This document shows, piece after piece, positions 36,390 through 45,462 of a stretch of DNA of 64,000 nucleotides (position 1 is its first letter; each line of letters begins with the position of its first letter). Source of the stretch: Actinomycetes bacterium (lineage in GTDB: Bacteria > Actinomycetota > Actinomycetes > S36-B12); the NCBI GenBank assembly GCA_037130755.1, contig JBAXSI010000007.1, forward strand, positions 8,855-72,854. Direction: 5' to 3'. The translations under genes and the position numbers were made by a program. Below the pieces are notes generated by a model. That model did no database searches. It had not been told where the DNA came from and worked only from the letters and a program-made list of their open reading frames with translations.

Positions 36390-37616
36390 ATGACTCCCAC
36401 GACGGACACGTCCGCAAGCCACCGAGTGCGCTCGGACGCCTGGCTGTCCTATCTGGCCATCGGCGTCGCCTGGCTCGCCACGCGCCTCTTCGCGGTCGCG
36501 TCCGTGGACCTCACCCCGTGGATGCTCCACGACCTGGAGGTGTACCAGTCGTGGCTGGCACCACTCGGTGACTTCACCTTCCCTGCGGCCGACCCCACGT
36601 GGCAGTACCCCCCGGGAGCTGCGCTCGTCTTCCTGGCCGCAGGCCACTGGCCGATCGACTTCCGCTGGTCGTTCACGCTGGTGATCCTCGCAATCGACGC
36701 CGCAGTCATGGTCACGCTGATGGTCGCCCATGCGCGCCAGCGGCCATCCTCGTGGCGGGGCGTGTGGTTATGGGCTCTCGCGGGCGTGATCGTCGGGCCG
36801 ATCATGATGGTGCGCTTCGATGTAGCTCCGACACTGTTCGCCGTCCTGGCGATCGTCACGGTCGCGCGGCCCGCCTGGTCCGGCGCGAGTGCCGCCGTCG
36901 GGGCAGCAGTGAAGGTGTGGCCGGCACTCATGCTGCTGGCATTGCCCCGTCCATCGCTCAAGCGCGGTATCCCGGCCTTCGCGCTGACGCTCCTGGTGAT
37001 CGTCCTCGGCTTCGCACTGCTGTTCCACGACAGCCTGTCATTCCTGGCCAACCAGCGCGACCGCGGCCTTCAGGTTGAGTCGACCGGCGCCTTGCCCTAC
37101 CTGGTCTTCTCGCTGTTCGGCGGGCATGTCGAGACGGGGCTGACGTTCGGCTCCATCCAGGTGCTCATGAACGGAGCCGAACTCGTCGGCACGGTCGTGA
37201 CGCTGATCGGGATCGCGCTGTTCGCCCTGATTGCGTGGTGGCGGCTGCGCGGGCGGCTTGAGCACGTGCCACCCGGCGACGTCGCCCTCGCAGTGATGCT
37301 GGTGTCCGTGACCACCAGCCGCGTGTACTCGCCCCAGTTCAACACCTGGCTCGTCGGCGTTGCGGCCGCGGCGATGCTGTCGACCCGGACTCGCCAGCGC
37401 GGTGTCGCAGGCATCGTCACCGCTGTGTCGATCGTCACCCAGGTCGTCTACCCGTGGTCCGCAACCCAGCTGGTCACCGGTGAGGCGAGCGGGATCCTGG
37501 CCCAAGTGGTGCGCATCACGCTCCTCGTCGTCGCGACCGCCCTGGCGGTCGACTCGCTGGCGCACCCGTCCCCCGATCCTGACCCGGTGGGCGACACCAG
37601 CGTTACGGCCCCGTAA
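36390..37616 (+). CDS. GT-C membrane glycosyltransferase, GT87/DUF2029-like, paralog A
   Basis: 408-aa polytopic ORF. The first-loop acidic/aromatic motif is HDLEVYQSW...WQYPPGA. Conserved blocks FLANQRDRGLQVESTGALPY and SRVYSPQFNTW are shared with the next gene. Confidence 0.7.
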   Translation: MTPTTDTSASHRVRSDAWLSYLAIGVAWLATRLFAVASVDLTPWMLHDLEVYQSWLAPLGDFTFPAADPTWQYPPGAALVFLAAGHWPIDFRWSFTLVILAIDAAVMVTLMVAHARQRPSSWRGVWLWALAGVIVGPIMMVRFDVAPTLFAVLAIVTVARPAWSGASAAVGAAVKVWPALMLLALPRPSLKRGIPAFALTLLVIVLGFALLFHDSLSFLANQRDRGLQVESTGALPYLVFSLFGGHVETGLTFGSIQVLMNGAELVGTVVTLIGIALFALIAWWRLRGRLEHVPPGDVALAVMLVSVTTSRVYSPQFNTWLVGVAAAAMLSTRTRQRGVAGIVTAVSIVTQVVYPWSATQLVTGEASGILAQVVRITLLVVATALAVDSLAHPSPDPDPVGDTSVTAP

Positions 37617-37678
37617 CCCACGCCGATTATCGTGGTCAGGCCGGGACTCGGCAGATCGCGCCCCGCCCCGGAGGAACG

Positions 37679-38968
37679 ATGGACGAAGGCGCTCGATCGA
37701 TCACCGATCGTGCGACGAAGGACGCCCAGGAACGGTCGACGAACCTGCGCATCGCGATCACCTGGCTGGTGACCCGAGCGCTTGCCCTCGCGTCGATCGC
37801 GCTCACTCCTCGCCTGCTCGACGACATCGACATCTACCGCGGCTGGCTGCCCTACCTTCGCTGGGCGCAGTACCCCCTGGCCGACGAGAAGTGGCAGTAC
37901 CCGCCGGGTGCCGGCCCGGTGCTGCTCGCCCCGTCGTGGCTGCCGATCAACTACTCGGTTGCCTTCGCCGTGCTCTGCGTTCTGCTCGACGCGGCGATCC
38001 TCGGGATCCTGCTGATCACTCACGCAAGGGCTCCCGGCAGGTCCCGGTCCGGGCTGTGGCTGTGGGCCATGGCGGGCGTCGTCGTCGGGCCCATCATGTT
38101 CACTCGATTCGACATCGTCCCTGCCTTCTTCGCGGTCGGGTTCGTGATCCTCGCGGGTCGACCGGTGCTCGCCGGTGCGAGCGCTGCCCTGGGTTTCGTC
38201 GTGAAGGTGTGGCCGGCCTTCCTCCTGATCGCCCTCCCTCGCGCGCATTGGCGCAGAGGCACCGTTGCCTTCGTGGCCACCACGGCCCTCGTCCTGCTCG
38301 TGATTGCTTCCAGGTTCGATGGGATCTGGAGCTTCCTCGCCAACCAACGAGCCCGCGGCCTCCAGGTCGAGTCCACCGGCGCCCTCCCGTATGAACTGTT
38401 CGCGCTGGCCCGCGGACCGATGCGATCCGGGTTGGAGTATGGCGCGTACCAGGTACTCATGCCGGGTGCGGAGCTGGTGGGAACCGCCGTGTTCGTGGCA
38501 GGTCTGATCACGATGGGCGTCATCGCCTGGTGGCGTTTCTCCGGTCGGCTCGACGCCGTTCCCGTCGGCGACGTCGCACTGACCTTGGTCCTGGTCAGCG
38601 TCGTGACCAGTCGCGTGTATTCACCGCAGTACAACGTCTGGATCGTCGCTGTCGCCGCCGCCGCCCTCCTGTCCCCGCGCTCGATGATGCGCCGCGTGTC
38701 CATGCTGGTCGCGACGGCGAGTGTGCTCACCCAGGTGATCTACCCGTGGTTCCCGTACGACCTGATGGACGGGAACCCGCCGGTGGTCGCCGTACAAGGC
38801 CTTCGGATCGTCGCCCTGGTCGCCGCGACGGTGGTAGCGCTCCACTCGATTCTGACAACGCCGGCCACCACTGCGGCCATACTGGATCGACGGCTCGAAC
38901 CACTGGGCGATGCCCACTCGGAGGAAGTATGGACGTCCTACCAGGCAAGCCCTTCCCGCTCGGAGTAA
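37679..38968 (+). CDS. GT-C membrane glycosyltransferase, GT87/DUF2029-like, paralog B
   Basis: 429-aa polytopic ORF with DDIDIYRGW...WQYPPGA, FLANQRARGLQVESTGALPY and SRVYSPQYNVW. Its 3' end overlaps the glgX start by 40 nt. Confidence 0.7.
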   Translation: MDEGARSITDRATKDAQERSTNLRIAITWLVTRALALASIALTPRLLDDIDIYRGWLPYLRWAQYPLADEKWQYPPGAGPVLLAPSWLPINYSVAFAVLCVLLDAAILGILLITHARAPGRSRSGLWLWAMAGVVVGPIMFTRFDIVPAFFAVGFVILAGRPVLAGASAALGFVVKVWPAFLLIALPRAHWRRGTVAFVATTALVLLVIASRFDGIWSFLANQRARGLQVESTGALPYELFALARGPMRSGLEYGAYQVLMPGAELVGTAVFVAGLITMGVIAWWRFSGRLDAVPVGDVALTLVLVSVVTSRVYSPQYNVWIVAVAAAALLSPRSMMRRVSMLVATASVLTQVIYPWFPYDLMDGNPPVVAVQGLRIVALVAATVVALHSILTTPATTAAILDRRLEPLGDAHSEEVWTSYQASPSRSE

Positions 38969-41052
38969 GCCTGTCGGAGGACGGCATCAACGTGGCCGTC
39001 GCCTCGTCAACGGCCGAGCACGTCTGGGTCTGCCTGATCGACGAGAGCGGGAACGAGACGCGGCACGCGCTCCCCCAGAACGACGCTGGGATCTGGCACG
39101 GGTTCCTGCCAGGGGTCACGGCTGGCCAGCGCTACGGGCTCAGGGCTTCGGGTCCGTATGACCCGTCCCGCGGTCTGCGCTTCAACGACGCCAAGCTACT
39201 GCTCGACCCCTATGCCCGAGCGACCGTCGGCGAGCTTCGATACGGACCGTCCATCTACGGCCACGACCTCGACGAGCCGAGCAGGCCAAGCAGCCTTGAC
39301 TCGGCGAAGGACGTCCCTCTCGGCATCGTGATCGACGACGCATTCGACTGGACCGGCGACACCTCACCGAATCGCCGCTACGCCGACACGGTCGTCTACG
39401 AGGTGCACGTCAAGGGATTCACGCAACTGCACCCCGGCGTGCCCGCCGACATGCGCGGGACGTACGCCGGTCTGGCGCATCCTGCTGCCGTCCAGCACCT
39501 CGTGGACCTCGGCGTCACCGCCATCGAACTTCTGCCGGTGCACCAGAGCGTCACCGAGCCGTCCGTGCACAGCCACGGGCTCGCCAACTACTGGGGCTAC
39601 AACACCCTCGGCTTCTTCGCTCCGCACGCGGCGTACTCGGCCGAGGCGAAGCGGGGAGTTGTCGGTGGCCAGGTGCGTGAGTTCAAGGCGATGGTCAAGG
39701 CCCTGCATGCAGCAGGCCTCGAGGTCATCCTCGACGTGGTCTACAACCACACCTGCGAGGGTGGCGCCGGCGGGCCCACGCTGTGCTTCCGCGGCCTCGA
39801 CAACCCCGACTACTACCGCCTGGACCCGCACGATCCGGCCGGCTACTACGACACCACGGGCACCGGCAACTCCATCGACGCAGGAAGCACGACGGCACTG
39901 TGGCTGATCATGGACTCGCTGCGCTACTGGGTGGAGGAGATGCACGTCGACGGGTTCCGCTTCGACCTGGCCGCGACCTTGAGCCGCGAGGACGGCGCGT
40001 TCGACCGTACGGCCTCGTTCTTCGACCTGATCGCACAGGACCCGGTGGTGAACCGCGTCAAGCTCATCGCGGAGCCGTGGGATGTCGGGCAGATGGACTC
40101 GTACGACATCGGTCGCTTCCCGGCGATGTGGCGCGAGTGGAACGGCGCCTACCGCGACACGGTCCGCGACTTCTGGCGAAGCAAGCCATCGTTGATGTCC
40201 ACCCTCGCCTCGCGGATCACCGGCTCGTCTGACCTCTACGGCAACTCCGCCCGTCGGCCAACGGCGTCGGTCAACTTCGTCACCGCGCACGACGGCTTCA
40301 CTCTTCGCGACCTCGTCTCCTATGACAGCAAGCACAACGAGGCCAACCTCGAGGACAATCGCGACGGCACCAGCGACAACCGATCGTGGAACTGCGGAGC
40401 CGAGGGTCCCACCGACGACCCGACGGTCAACGCGCTTCGTTCGCGACAGCAGCGTGCCCTCCTCACGACCCTCCTGACGTCCTTCGGCATCCCGATGCTG
40501 CTGGGTGGCGACGAACTCGGACGTACGCAGCAGGGCAACAACAACGCCTACTGCCAGGACGGCACGGTCGCCTGGTTCGACTGGTCGGCGCCGGACCAGG
40601 CGCTGCTCGCCTTCACCCGACGACTGGTGCGCATGCGACTCGAGCACCCGGTGTTCCGACGCCGACGCTTCCTGGTCGGAAGTCAGACGGACGAGATCCA
40701 GTGGTACACGCCGGCAGGCGCGCTCATGAACGACGGCGACTGGAACGACCCCAACGCTCGGTGCATCGTGCTGTACCTCGACGGCAACGACCTGCCCGAC
40801 ACAGGAGCGGACGGGTCACCGCTCCTGGACGACGACTTCCTGGTGATGGTCAATGCGTGGTGGGAGCCCCTTGGGATGGTGATCCCACCCGTCGACGGCG
40901 CCCGCGAGTGGCAACGCGAGATCGACACGGACGACGATGCGGTGGGTGCCAGCGCCGACCCGCCGAACCCCGGGGCGCCGATGGCCATCGGTTCGACGGT
41001 GACGGTCGCCGCGCGGTCGATGCTGATCCTCCGGGGTCGTCGAGGCCTGTAG
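38929..41052 (+). CDS. glgX: glycogen debranching enzyme GlgX
   Basis: Start at ATG 38929 (GGAGGAAG RBS), MDVLPGKPFPLGVS. GH13 motifs present: YNHT, GFRFDLA, EPWD, VTAHDGFTL. Confidence 0.95.
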   Translation: MDVLPGKPFPLGVSLSEDGINVAVASSTAEHVWVCLIDESGNETRHALPQNDAGIWHGFLPGVTAGQRYGLRASGPYDPSRGLRFNDAKLLLDPYARATVGELRYGPSIYGHDLDEPSRPSSLDSAKDVPLGIVIDDAFDWTGDTSPNRRYADTVVYEVHVKGFTQLHPGVPADMRGTYAGLAHPAAVQHLVDLGVTAIELLPVHQSVTEPSVHSHGLANYWGYNTLGFFAPHAAYSAEAKRGVVGGQVREFKAMVKALHAAGLEVILDVVYNHTCEGGAGGPTLCFRGLDNPDYYRLDPHDPAGYYDTTGTGNSIDAGSTTALWLIMDSLRYWVEEMHVDGFRFDLAATLSREDGAFDRTASFFDLIAQDPVVNRVKLIAEPWDVGQMDSYDIGRFPAMWREWNGAYRDTVRDFWRSKPSLMSTLASRITGSSDLYGNSARRPTASVNFVTAHDGFTLRDLVSYDSKHNEANLEDNRDGTSDNRSWNCGAEGPTDDPTVNALRSRQQRALLTTLLTSFGIPMLLGGDELGRTQQGNNNAYCQDGTVAWFDWSAPDQALLAFTRRLVRMRLEHPVFRRRRFLVGSQTDEIQWYTPAGALMNDGDWNDPNARCIVLYLDGNDLPDTGADGSPLLDDDFLVMVNAWWEPLGMVIPPVDGAREWQREIDTDDDAVGASADPPNPGAPMAIGSTVTVAARSMLILRGRRGL

Positions 41053-41054
41053 CC

Positions 41055-41888
41055 CTACTGGACGCGCAGCGCCCACAGTGCGACCGCAGATGCCGCGGCA
41101 ACGTTCAGTGAGTCGATGTCGGCGGACATCGGGATTCTGACGACCACGTCCGCTCCCGCCACTGCCCCGGCCGACAGTCCGTCGCCCTCGGCACCCAGGG
41201 CCAGGGCCAAGCGCGCGGGCGCCCCACGTGCGAAGTCTTCCAACGAGACGGCGTCATCGCTCAAGGCCAGAGCGGCCACGACGAAGCCGCTGTCTTTGAG
41301 CGCGTCGGTCGTCGCGGACCAGTCCGCCATCCGCGTCCACGGCACGGAGAACACCGCCCCCATCGACACGCGCACGCTGCGCCGGTAAAGGGGGTCAGCG
41401 CATCGGGGGGAGACGAGTACCGCGTCGGCGCCCAGCGCCGCAACCGACCTGAAGATGGCACCCACGTTCGTGTGATCGACGATGTCCTCCAAAAGGACCA
41501 CCCGGGCAGCGCCACCGCCTACGGAGCCGAGCAAGGCCTCGACCGAGGGCAGCCGCGGTCGCAGCATGGCGGCCAGCGCACCACGATGAACGTTGAAGCC
41601 GGCGACCGCATTGAGCACGTCGGCGTCGGCCACGTAGACGGGTATCGCATCCGACGATCCCAACTGGGCCAGGTCGAGGATGCCCTGAAGCGGTTCCAGC
41701 CAACGCTCCGCCATAAGCAGCGAGCGCGGCTGGTGCCCGGCTTCGAGAGCGCGTTGGATGACCGACGCGCTCTCGGCGATGTAGATGCCCTTCTCCGGCT
41801 CGTGCCGGGACCGCAGGACGACGTCGGTGAGCGCCACGTAGTCCGCAAGACGCTCGTCGGCTGGGTCAGTGATGCGCAGGACCGGCAC
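41055..41888 (-). CDS. TrmH/SpoU family RNA 2'-O-methyltransferase
   Basis: GTG 41888 gives VPVLRITDPADERLADY.... SpoU motifs present: HTNVGAIFRS, ALGAEGDGLS, IPMSADIDSLNVAAA. Confidence 0.85.
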   Translation of the reverse strand: MPVLRITDPADERLADYVALTDVVLRSRHEPEKGIYIAESASVIQRALEAGHQPRSLLMAERWLEPLQGILDLAQLGSSDAIPVYVADADVLNAVAGFNVHRGALAAMLRPRLPSVEALLGSVGGGAARVVLLEDIVDHTNVGAIFRSVAALGADAVLVSPRCADPLYRRSVRVSMGAVFSVPWTRMADWSATTDALKDSGFVVAALALSDDAVSLEDFARGAPARLALALGAEGDGLSAGAVAGADVVVRIPMSADIDSLNVAAASAVALWALRVQ

Positions 41889-42108
41889 CCGCCGATCCTC
41901 GCAGAGTGCGCAGCCAGAGGATCCTTGGCCATCCCCGGATCGGGCCTTCCGGACATTGCTCTTCGGGAGTAGCGTCAGTCGCGCTTCACGTGCCGGGGGG
42001 CGGCACTCAGCAGTCGCCCGCGTTCGGCCCAAGACGGGCCGGACACCCACCGCAGGCGTCCGCGCCCGCAGCGGTCCGTCAAGGACGTCGCACAGTAAGG
42101 AGCCGCAC

Positions 42109-42492
42109 ATGCATGCCAACGCAGAGTTGATCCGCAAGGGCTTCGAAGCCTTCAATGCCGGCGACATGGCAACAATTGCCGAATTGCTGGCGCCCGACAT
42201 CGCCTGGCACACCTCAGGAGAGAACGTCCTCAGCGGCGACTTCCATGGACAGGACGAGGTCTTCGCGTACTTCGGCAAATTGCTTGAGGTCACCGAGGGC
42301 ACCTTCTACCAACGGGTGCACACGATCCTCGGGGATGACGAGCATGTGGTCGTGCTGACAGATTCAGGCTGGCAGAAGCCCAAGCCGTTCGACGGCCATG
42401 ACGTGTTCGTCTGGCACATGAAGGACGGCCGGGCGACGGAGTGCTGGGCGGTTCAGACCGATCAGGCCGGAGCCAACGCCTCGTTGTCCTAA
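42109..42492 (+). CDS. SnoaL-like / NTF2-fold protein
   Basis: ATG 42109 with AAGGAG RBS. MHANAELIRKGFEAFNAGDMATIAELLAPDIAWH is a typical NTF2-like start. Confidence 0.8.
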   Translation: MHANAELIRKGFEAFNAGDMATIAELLAPDIAWHTSGENVLSGDFHGQDEVFAYFGKLLEVTEGTFYQRVHTILGDDEHVVVLTDSGWQKPKPFDGHDVFVWHMKDGRATECWAVQTDQAGANASLS

Positions 42493-42521
42493 GTGGTCAG
42501 CCGGACGGACCCGGGCTCCGG

Positions 42522-42695
42522 GTGACCGTCGAGCAGGGTGATTGGCGCGACAGCGTGCGCGCTGCTGCCCTGGCCGGTCACGAAGACGAACTGCGTCGGC
42601 TGTTCGCCGAGGCAGCACTCCTGTTCGGCCCGGATGCCTCCGCCGAATGGGCCCGCACCCTGTCCGCACTCGATGGCAACGCAATCACGGGCTAA
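42522..42695 (+). CDS. possible small hypothetical protein (57 aa)
   Basis: In-frame GTG. The helical-looking product is ...DWRDSVRAALAGHEDELRRLFAEAALLFGPDASAEWARTL. GC3 is about 74% by my count, lower than neighbouring genes. There is no RBS. Weak call. Confidence 0.3.
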   Translation: MTVEQGDWRDSVRAAALAGHEDELRRLFAEAALLFGPDASAEWARTLSALDGNAITG

Positions 42696-42720
42696 CGCTG
42701 GCGCGCCGACCGACAGACCC

Positions 42721-43347
42721 TTACTTCAGGCGAGCCAGCTGAGCGGTCGCGAGCTTCTTGGCACAGATCGCCAACTGGGTGGACGTGGTCGCCTTGGGGT
42801 CAGCGCACACCGTGTAGACGACGTTGATGCCCTTGCGCTGGTAGACCGACACCGTCGGACCGGTGGACAGGACGGGCTGGCCGCCCGCGTCAGCGGACGT
42901 CGAGATGCTCGCCTTCGGGTCGTACTTGACGATCAGGGTCGGTGTGGCGGTCAGGGTGATCGCCGTGGGGCCGCCGCCGGCCTTCATCTCCTTGAGGTAC
43001 GCGATGGGGAGCTTGGCGTTGCTGAAGGAGATGATGTCGACGTGGCTCGGCGACGGCTTCCCGCCGGCGTACGCGGCGTCGGAGCGCATCATCTCGTAGT
43101 AGCAGTACTCGACGTTCCCGGCGTAGTACGGGGCCGCGTGGCACGTCACGCCTGCCGAGGTCACGGGTCCGGCAGCACCGGAGATGCTCGTGATCTGGGG
43201 CAGTGTGAGCAGCGCCTTCTTGACCTGGGTCTCCGTGAGCATGGTCCGCGAGGTCGCAGCAGCTGGCGTCGCGAGCAATCCCGTCAGCACTACGGTCAGC
43301 GCCAAGACGCTGCCCAGGACGGTCTTGTTGATGCCGAGTCGATTCAT
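42721..43347 (-). CDS. secreted hypothetical protein with four Cys
   Basis: 208-aa ORF with signal peptide MNRLGINKTVLGSVLALTVVLTGLLATPAAA. It is Lys-rich and has Cys in two close pairs. Confidence 0.7.
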   Translation of the reverse strand: MNRLGINKTVLGSVLALTVVLTGLLATPAAATSRTMLTETQVKKALLTLPQITSISGAAGPVTSAGVTCHAAPYYAGNVEYCYYEMMRSDAAYAGGKPSPSHVDIISFSNAKLPIAYLKEMKAGGGPTAITLTATPTLIVKYDPKASISTSADAGGQPVLSTGPTVSVYQRKGINVVYTVCADPKATTSTQLAICAKKLATAQLARLK

Positions 43348-43441
43348 GCTCTCCCCAATTCGCAGTTGACCTCTGCCCGTACCCCTGAAGAAGCCTACGT
43401 GGGGACCTCCGCGCCTCGGTTTGACCTCGGCAAGGCCTAGG

Positions 43442-43942
43442 TTAAGTATCGGCCCAGCGATCGCGATCGAGCCTCATCACGAGGCACTGATCACTGCCGA
43501 ACCGACGCGGACCGACGACCTTGAAGCCCAGCCCTGCGTAGAACCGTTGAGCCCGCACATTCCACTCCAAGGGGTCGATCAGGACCCCTGTCACCTCGGG
43601 CGACTCAAAGCACATACCCAGCGCCACTTCCATCATCTGCGTGCCGAAGCCCTGGCCCAGGTCGGTCTCCTCCCCGATCCAGATGTCGATGGCACGGAGA
43701 TTCGCCGCGACCTCGCCCCAGTAGTGCGTTGTCTCGTTGCGAGGATCGATGATCTGGACCACGCCAACCGGTCGGCCATCCGTCTCGGCGATCAGCACCT
43801 GCTGCCATCGCGGGTCCGCCGAGACCTCGACGCTCCAGTCGGCGACGTCGTCATCCCCGGTGGCTGCCTGGACGTGCGGCTTGGTGTCCCAGTAGGCGAG
43901 GAGGGGCACGTCGGCGAGCGTCGCCGTTCGTAGTTCCACCAC
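43442..43942 (-). CDS. GNAT family N-acetyltransferase
   Basis: GTG start VVELRTATLADVPLL. The acetyl-CoA motif A-like segment is IGEETDLGQGFGTQMM, and the C-terminal part reads RAQRFYAGLGF. Confidence 0.85.
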   Translation of the reverse strand: MVELRTATLADVPLLAYWDTKPHVQAATGDDDVADWSVEVSADPRWQQVLIAETDGRPVGVVQIIDPRNETTHYWGEVAANLRAIDIWIGEETDLGQGFGTQMMEVALGMCFESPEVTGVLIDPLEWNVRAQRFYAGLGFKVVGPRRFGSDQCLVMRLDRDRWADT

Positions 43943-43988
43943 GCGACTATGGCAAGCGAATGCGGCGATGGCAACGCCTGGGCTTGGC

Positions 43989-45008
43989 CTACACGGAAGG
44001 CAGGGGCAGCGTCGATGAGGCCCCCGCCTGATCGACCTTGAGCGCACGCAGGTCGTGGACATCCGTGGTCCAGCCGTCGTAGCTGCGCACGTAGTAGACG
44101 AGGTTGTCGTGGTCGCGCACGACGTACCACTGCGTGTAGTCACCCGAGGCCGCCAGATTCCGGGGCACGCTCACGAGGTCGAGTGAATGGAACGCCTGGT
44201 TGACCGCCTCGCGGGCACTGCCTGCCGTGCTTGCCACCTGCGTGAGCACGGTTGCGCGCACGAACCGCGAAGGCGGTGTCACATCGCCGGGAAGACCCAT
44301 GAGGCCAGTGCCGTTTCCGGTTCCCGTGACCGGCATCCCCATCAGGTTGTACGGCTTCGGGTCGACGTTGGTGAGCCCGATGAAGTTGCGCAGGTTCGTT
44401 ACGTGCCAGGGGTACACCGGCGAGTTCGTGAGGACGCCGATGACATTGTCATGCACCTGCGCCTGACCGTCGAGGAACTCCACCACGAGATCGGCACCGC
44501 TCGCATCATGGATCGCCAGGTGCTCGGTGAAGGCCCAGTTCATCAACGGCTCCAGCTTGTCCGGAACGGGTCGTCCCTCCGGCCACAGGTCCTTCACTGG
44601 GGCGTTCCAGATCTGCACCTTCGTCAGGGCGGCCTTCACGTCCGCCACCGTCGAGCATGTCCCGAGCAGCCAGCCCGCCAAGTTGACGAAGTCCAGCGCC
44701 GGCGCGGTGCCGGTGGTCGGCGGGCTCTCGGGAAGCTTCGTCTCGGGAAGCCACAGCGTCCCCACCGACAGGCCCGCCTCGTTGAGCCCGTCGGCGAAGA
44801 ACTGATCGAAGCCGAACGCCCCCATACCGACGAAGCCGAGATTGTTCGTCCACGACAGGGGCGCGATGGCACCGTGGGTCTTGGTCGCCGTCCAGTTCTG
44901 GCCGCGCGGGACCACTTCCACGGTTGAACCCAGTTCGTACGCGAAGTCGAGGGTCCGCGCCGAGACGCGAAGGTCAGCGAGCCGGACGAGCCGCAGGTCT
45001 GTGCACAT
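43989..45008 (-). CDS. linear amide C-N hydrolase, choloylglycine hydrolase (Ntn) family
   Basis: 339-aa ORF starting MCTDLRL, where Cys2 is the Ntn nucleophile after Met removal. The family-typical NEAGLSV block is present. Confidence 0.85.
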   Translation of the reverse strand: MCTDLRLVRLADLRVSARTLDFAYELGSTVEVVPRGQNWTATKTHGAIAPLSWTNNLGFVGMGAFGFDQFFADGLNEAGLSVGTLWLPETKLPESPPTTGTAPALDFVNLAGWLLGTCSTVADVKAALTKVQIWNAPVKDLWPEGRPVPDKLEPLMNWAFTEHLAIHDASGADLVVEFLDGQAQVHDNVIGVLTNSPVYPWHVTNLRNFIGLTNVDPKPYNLMGMPVTGTGNGTGLMGLPGDVTPPSRFVRATVLTQVASTAGSAREAVNQAFHSLDLVSVPRNLAASGDYTQWYVVRDHDNLVYYVRSYDGWTTDVHDLRALKVDQAGASSTLPLPSV

Positions 45009-45081
45009 GGCTCGACGCTACCGACTTGCGGACCGGGAGGCTCCCGGAAGGGCGGTAGCCTCGGCGTCATCGGAGGTGAGC

Positions 45082-45462
45082 GTGGACTTCGACACTGCGC
45101 TGGAGTACTGCCTGGAGAAGTCGGGCGCCTGGCAGGACGAGCCATGGGGCGACACCGTGGTGGCCAAGGTCGGCCCACACATCTTCGCGTTCCTCGGTGA
45201 CCCGCGTGGCAACACCGTCGGCGTCAAGTGCGCGCGCTCCCGCGACGAGGCCGACGAGTGGCTGGACCGCTACCCGGAGGATGCCCACCCGATGCCGTAC
45301 CTGGCTCGGTCGGGCTGGAACTCGCTACGCCTGGACGGCGGGATTCCAGACGAGGAGGTGTTCGATGCGATTGACACGTCTTACGCCTTGGTGCTCACCA
45401 AGCTCCCCAAGCGGGACCGACCGGCGCAGCCCGACTCCGCCGTCCGCCCGCCGATTCTCTAG
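45082..45462 (+). CDS. MmcQ/YjbR family DNA-binding protein
   Basis: GTG 45082 lies 5 nt after GGAGG. VDFDTALEYCLEKSGAWQDEPWGDTVVAKVGPHIFAFLG is the typical YjbR pattern. Confidence 0.8.
   Translation: MDFDTALEYCLEKSGAWQDEPWGDTVVAKVGPHIFAFLGDPRGNTVGVKCARSRDEADEWLDRYPEDAHPMPYLARSGWNSLRLDGGIPDEEVFDAIDTSYALVLTKLPKRDRPAQPDSAVRPPIL

Noticed and set aside
38530-38928. 133-aa N-terminal extension of glgX
   Set aside because: It is an Arg-rich frame overlapping the GT87 paralog B coding region. A strong GGAGGAAG RBS and the canonical GlgX N-terminus occur at 38929.
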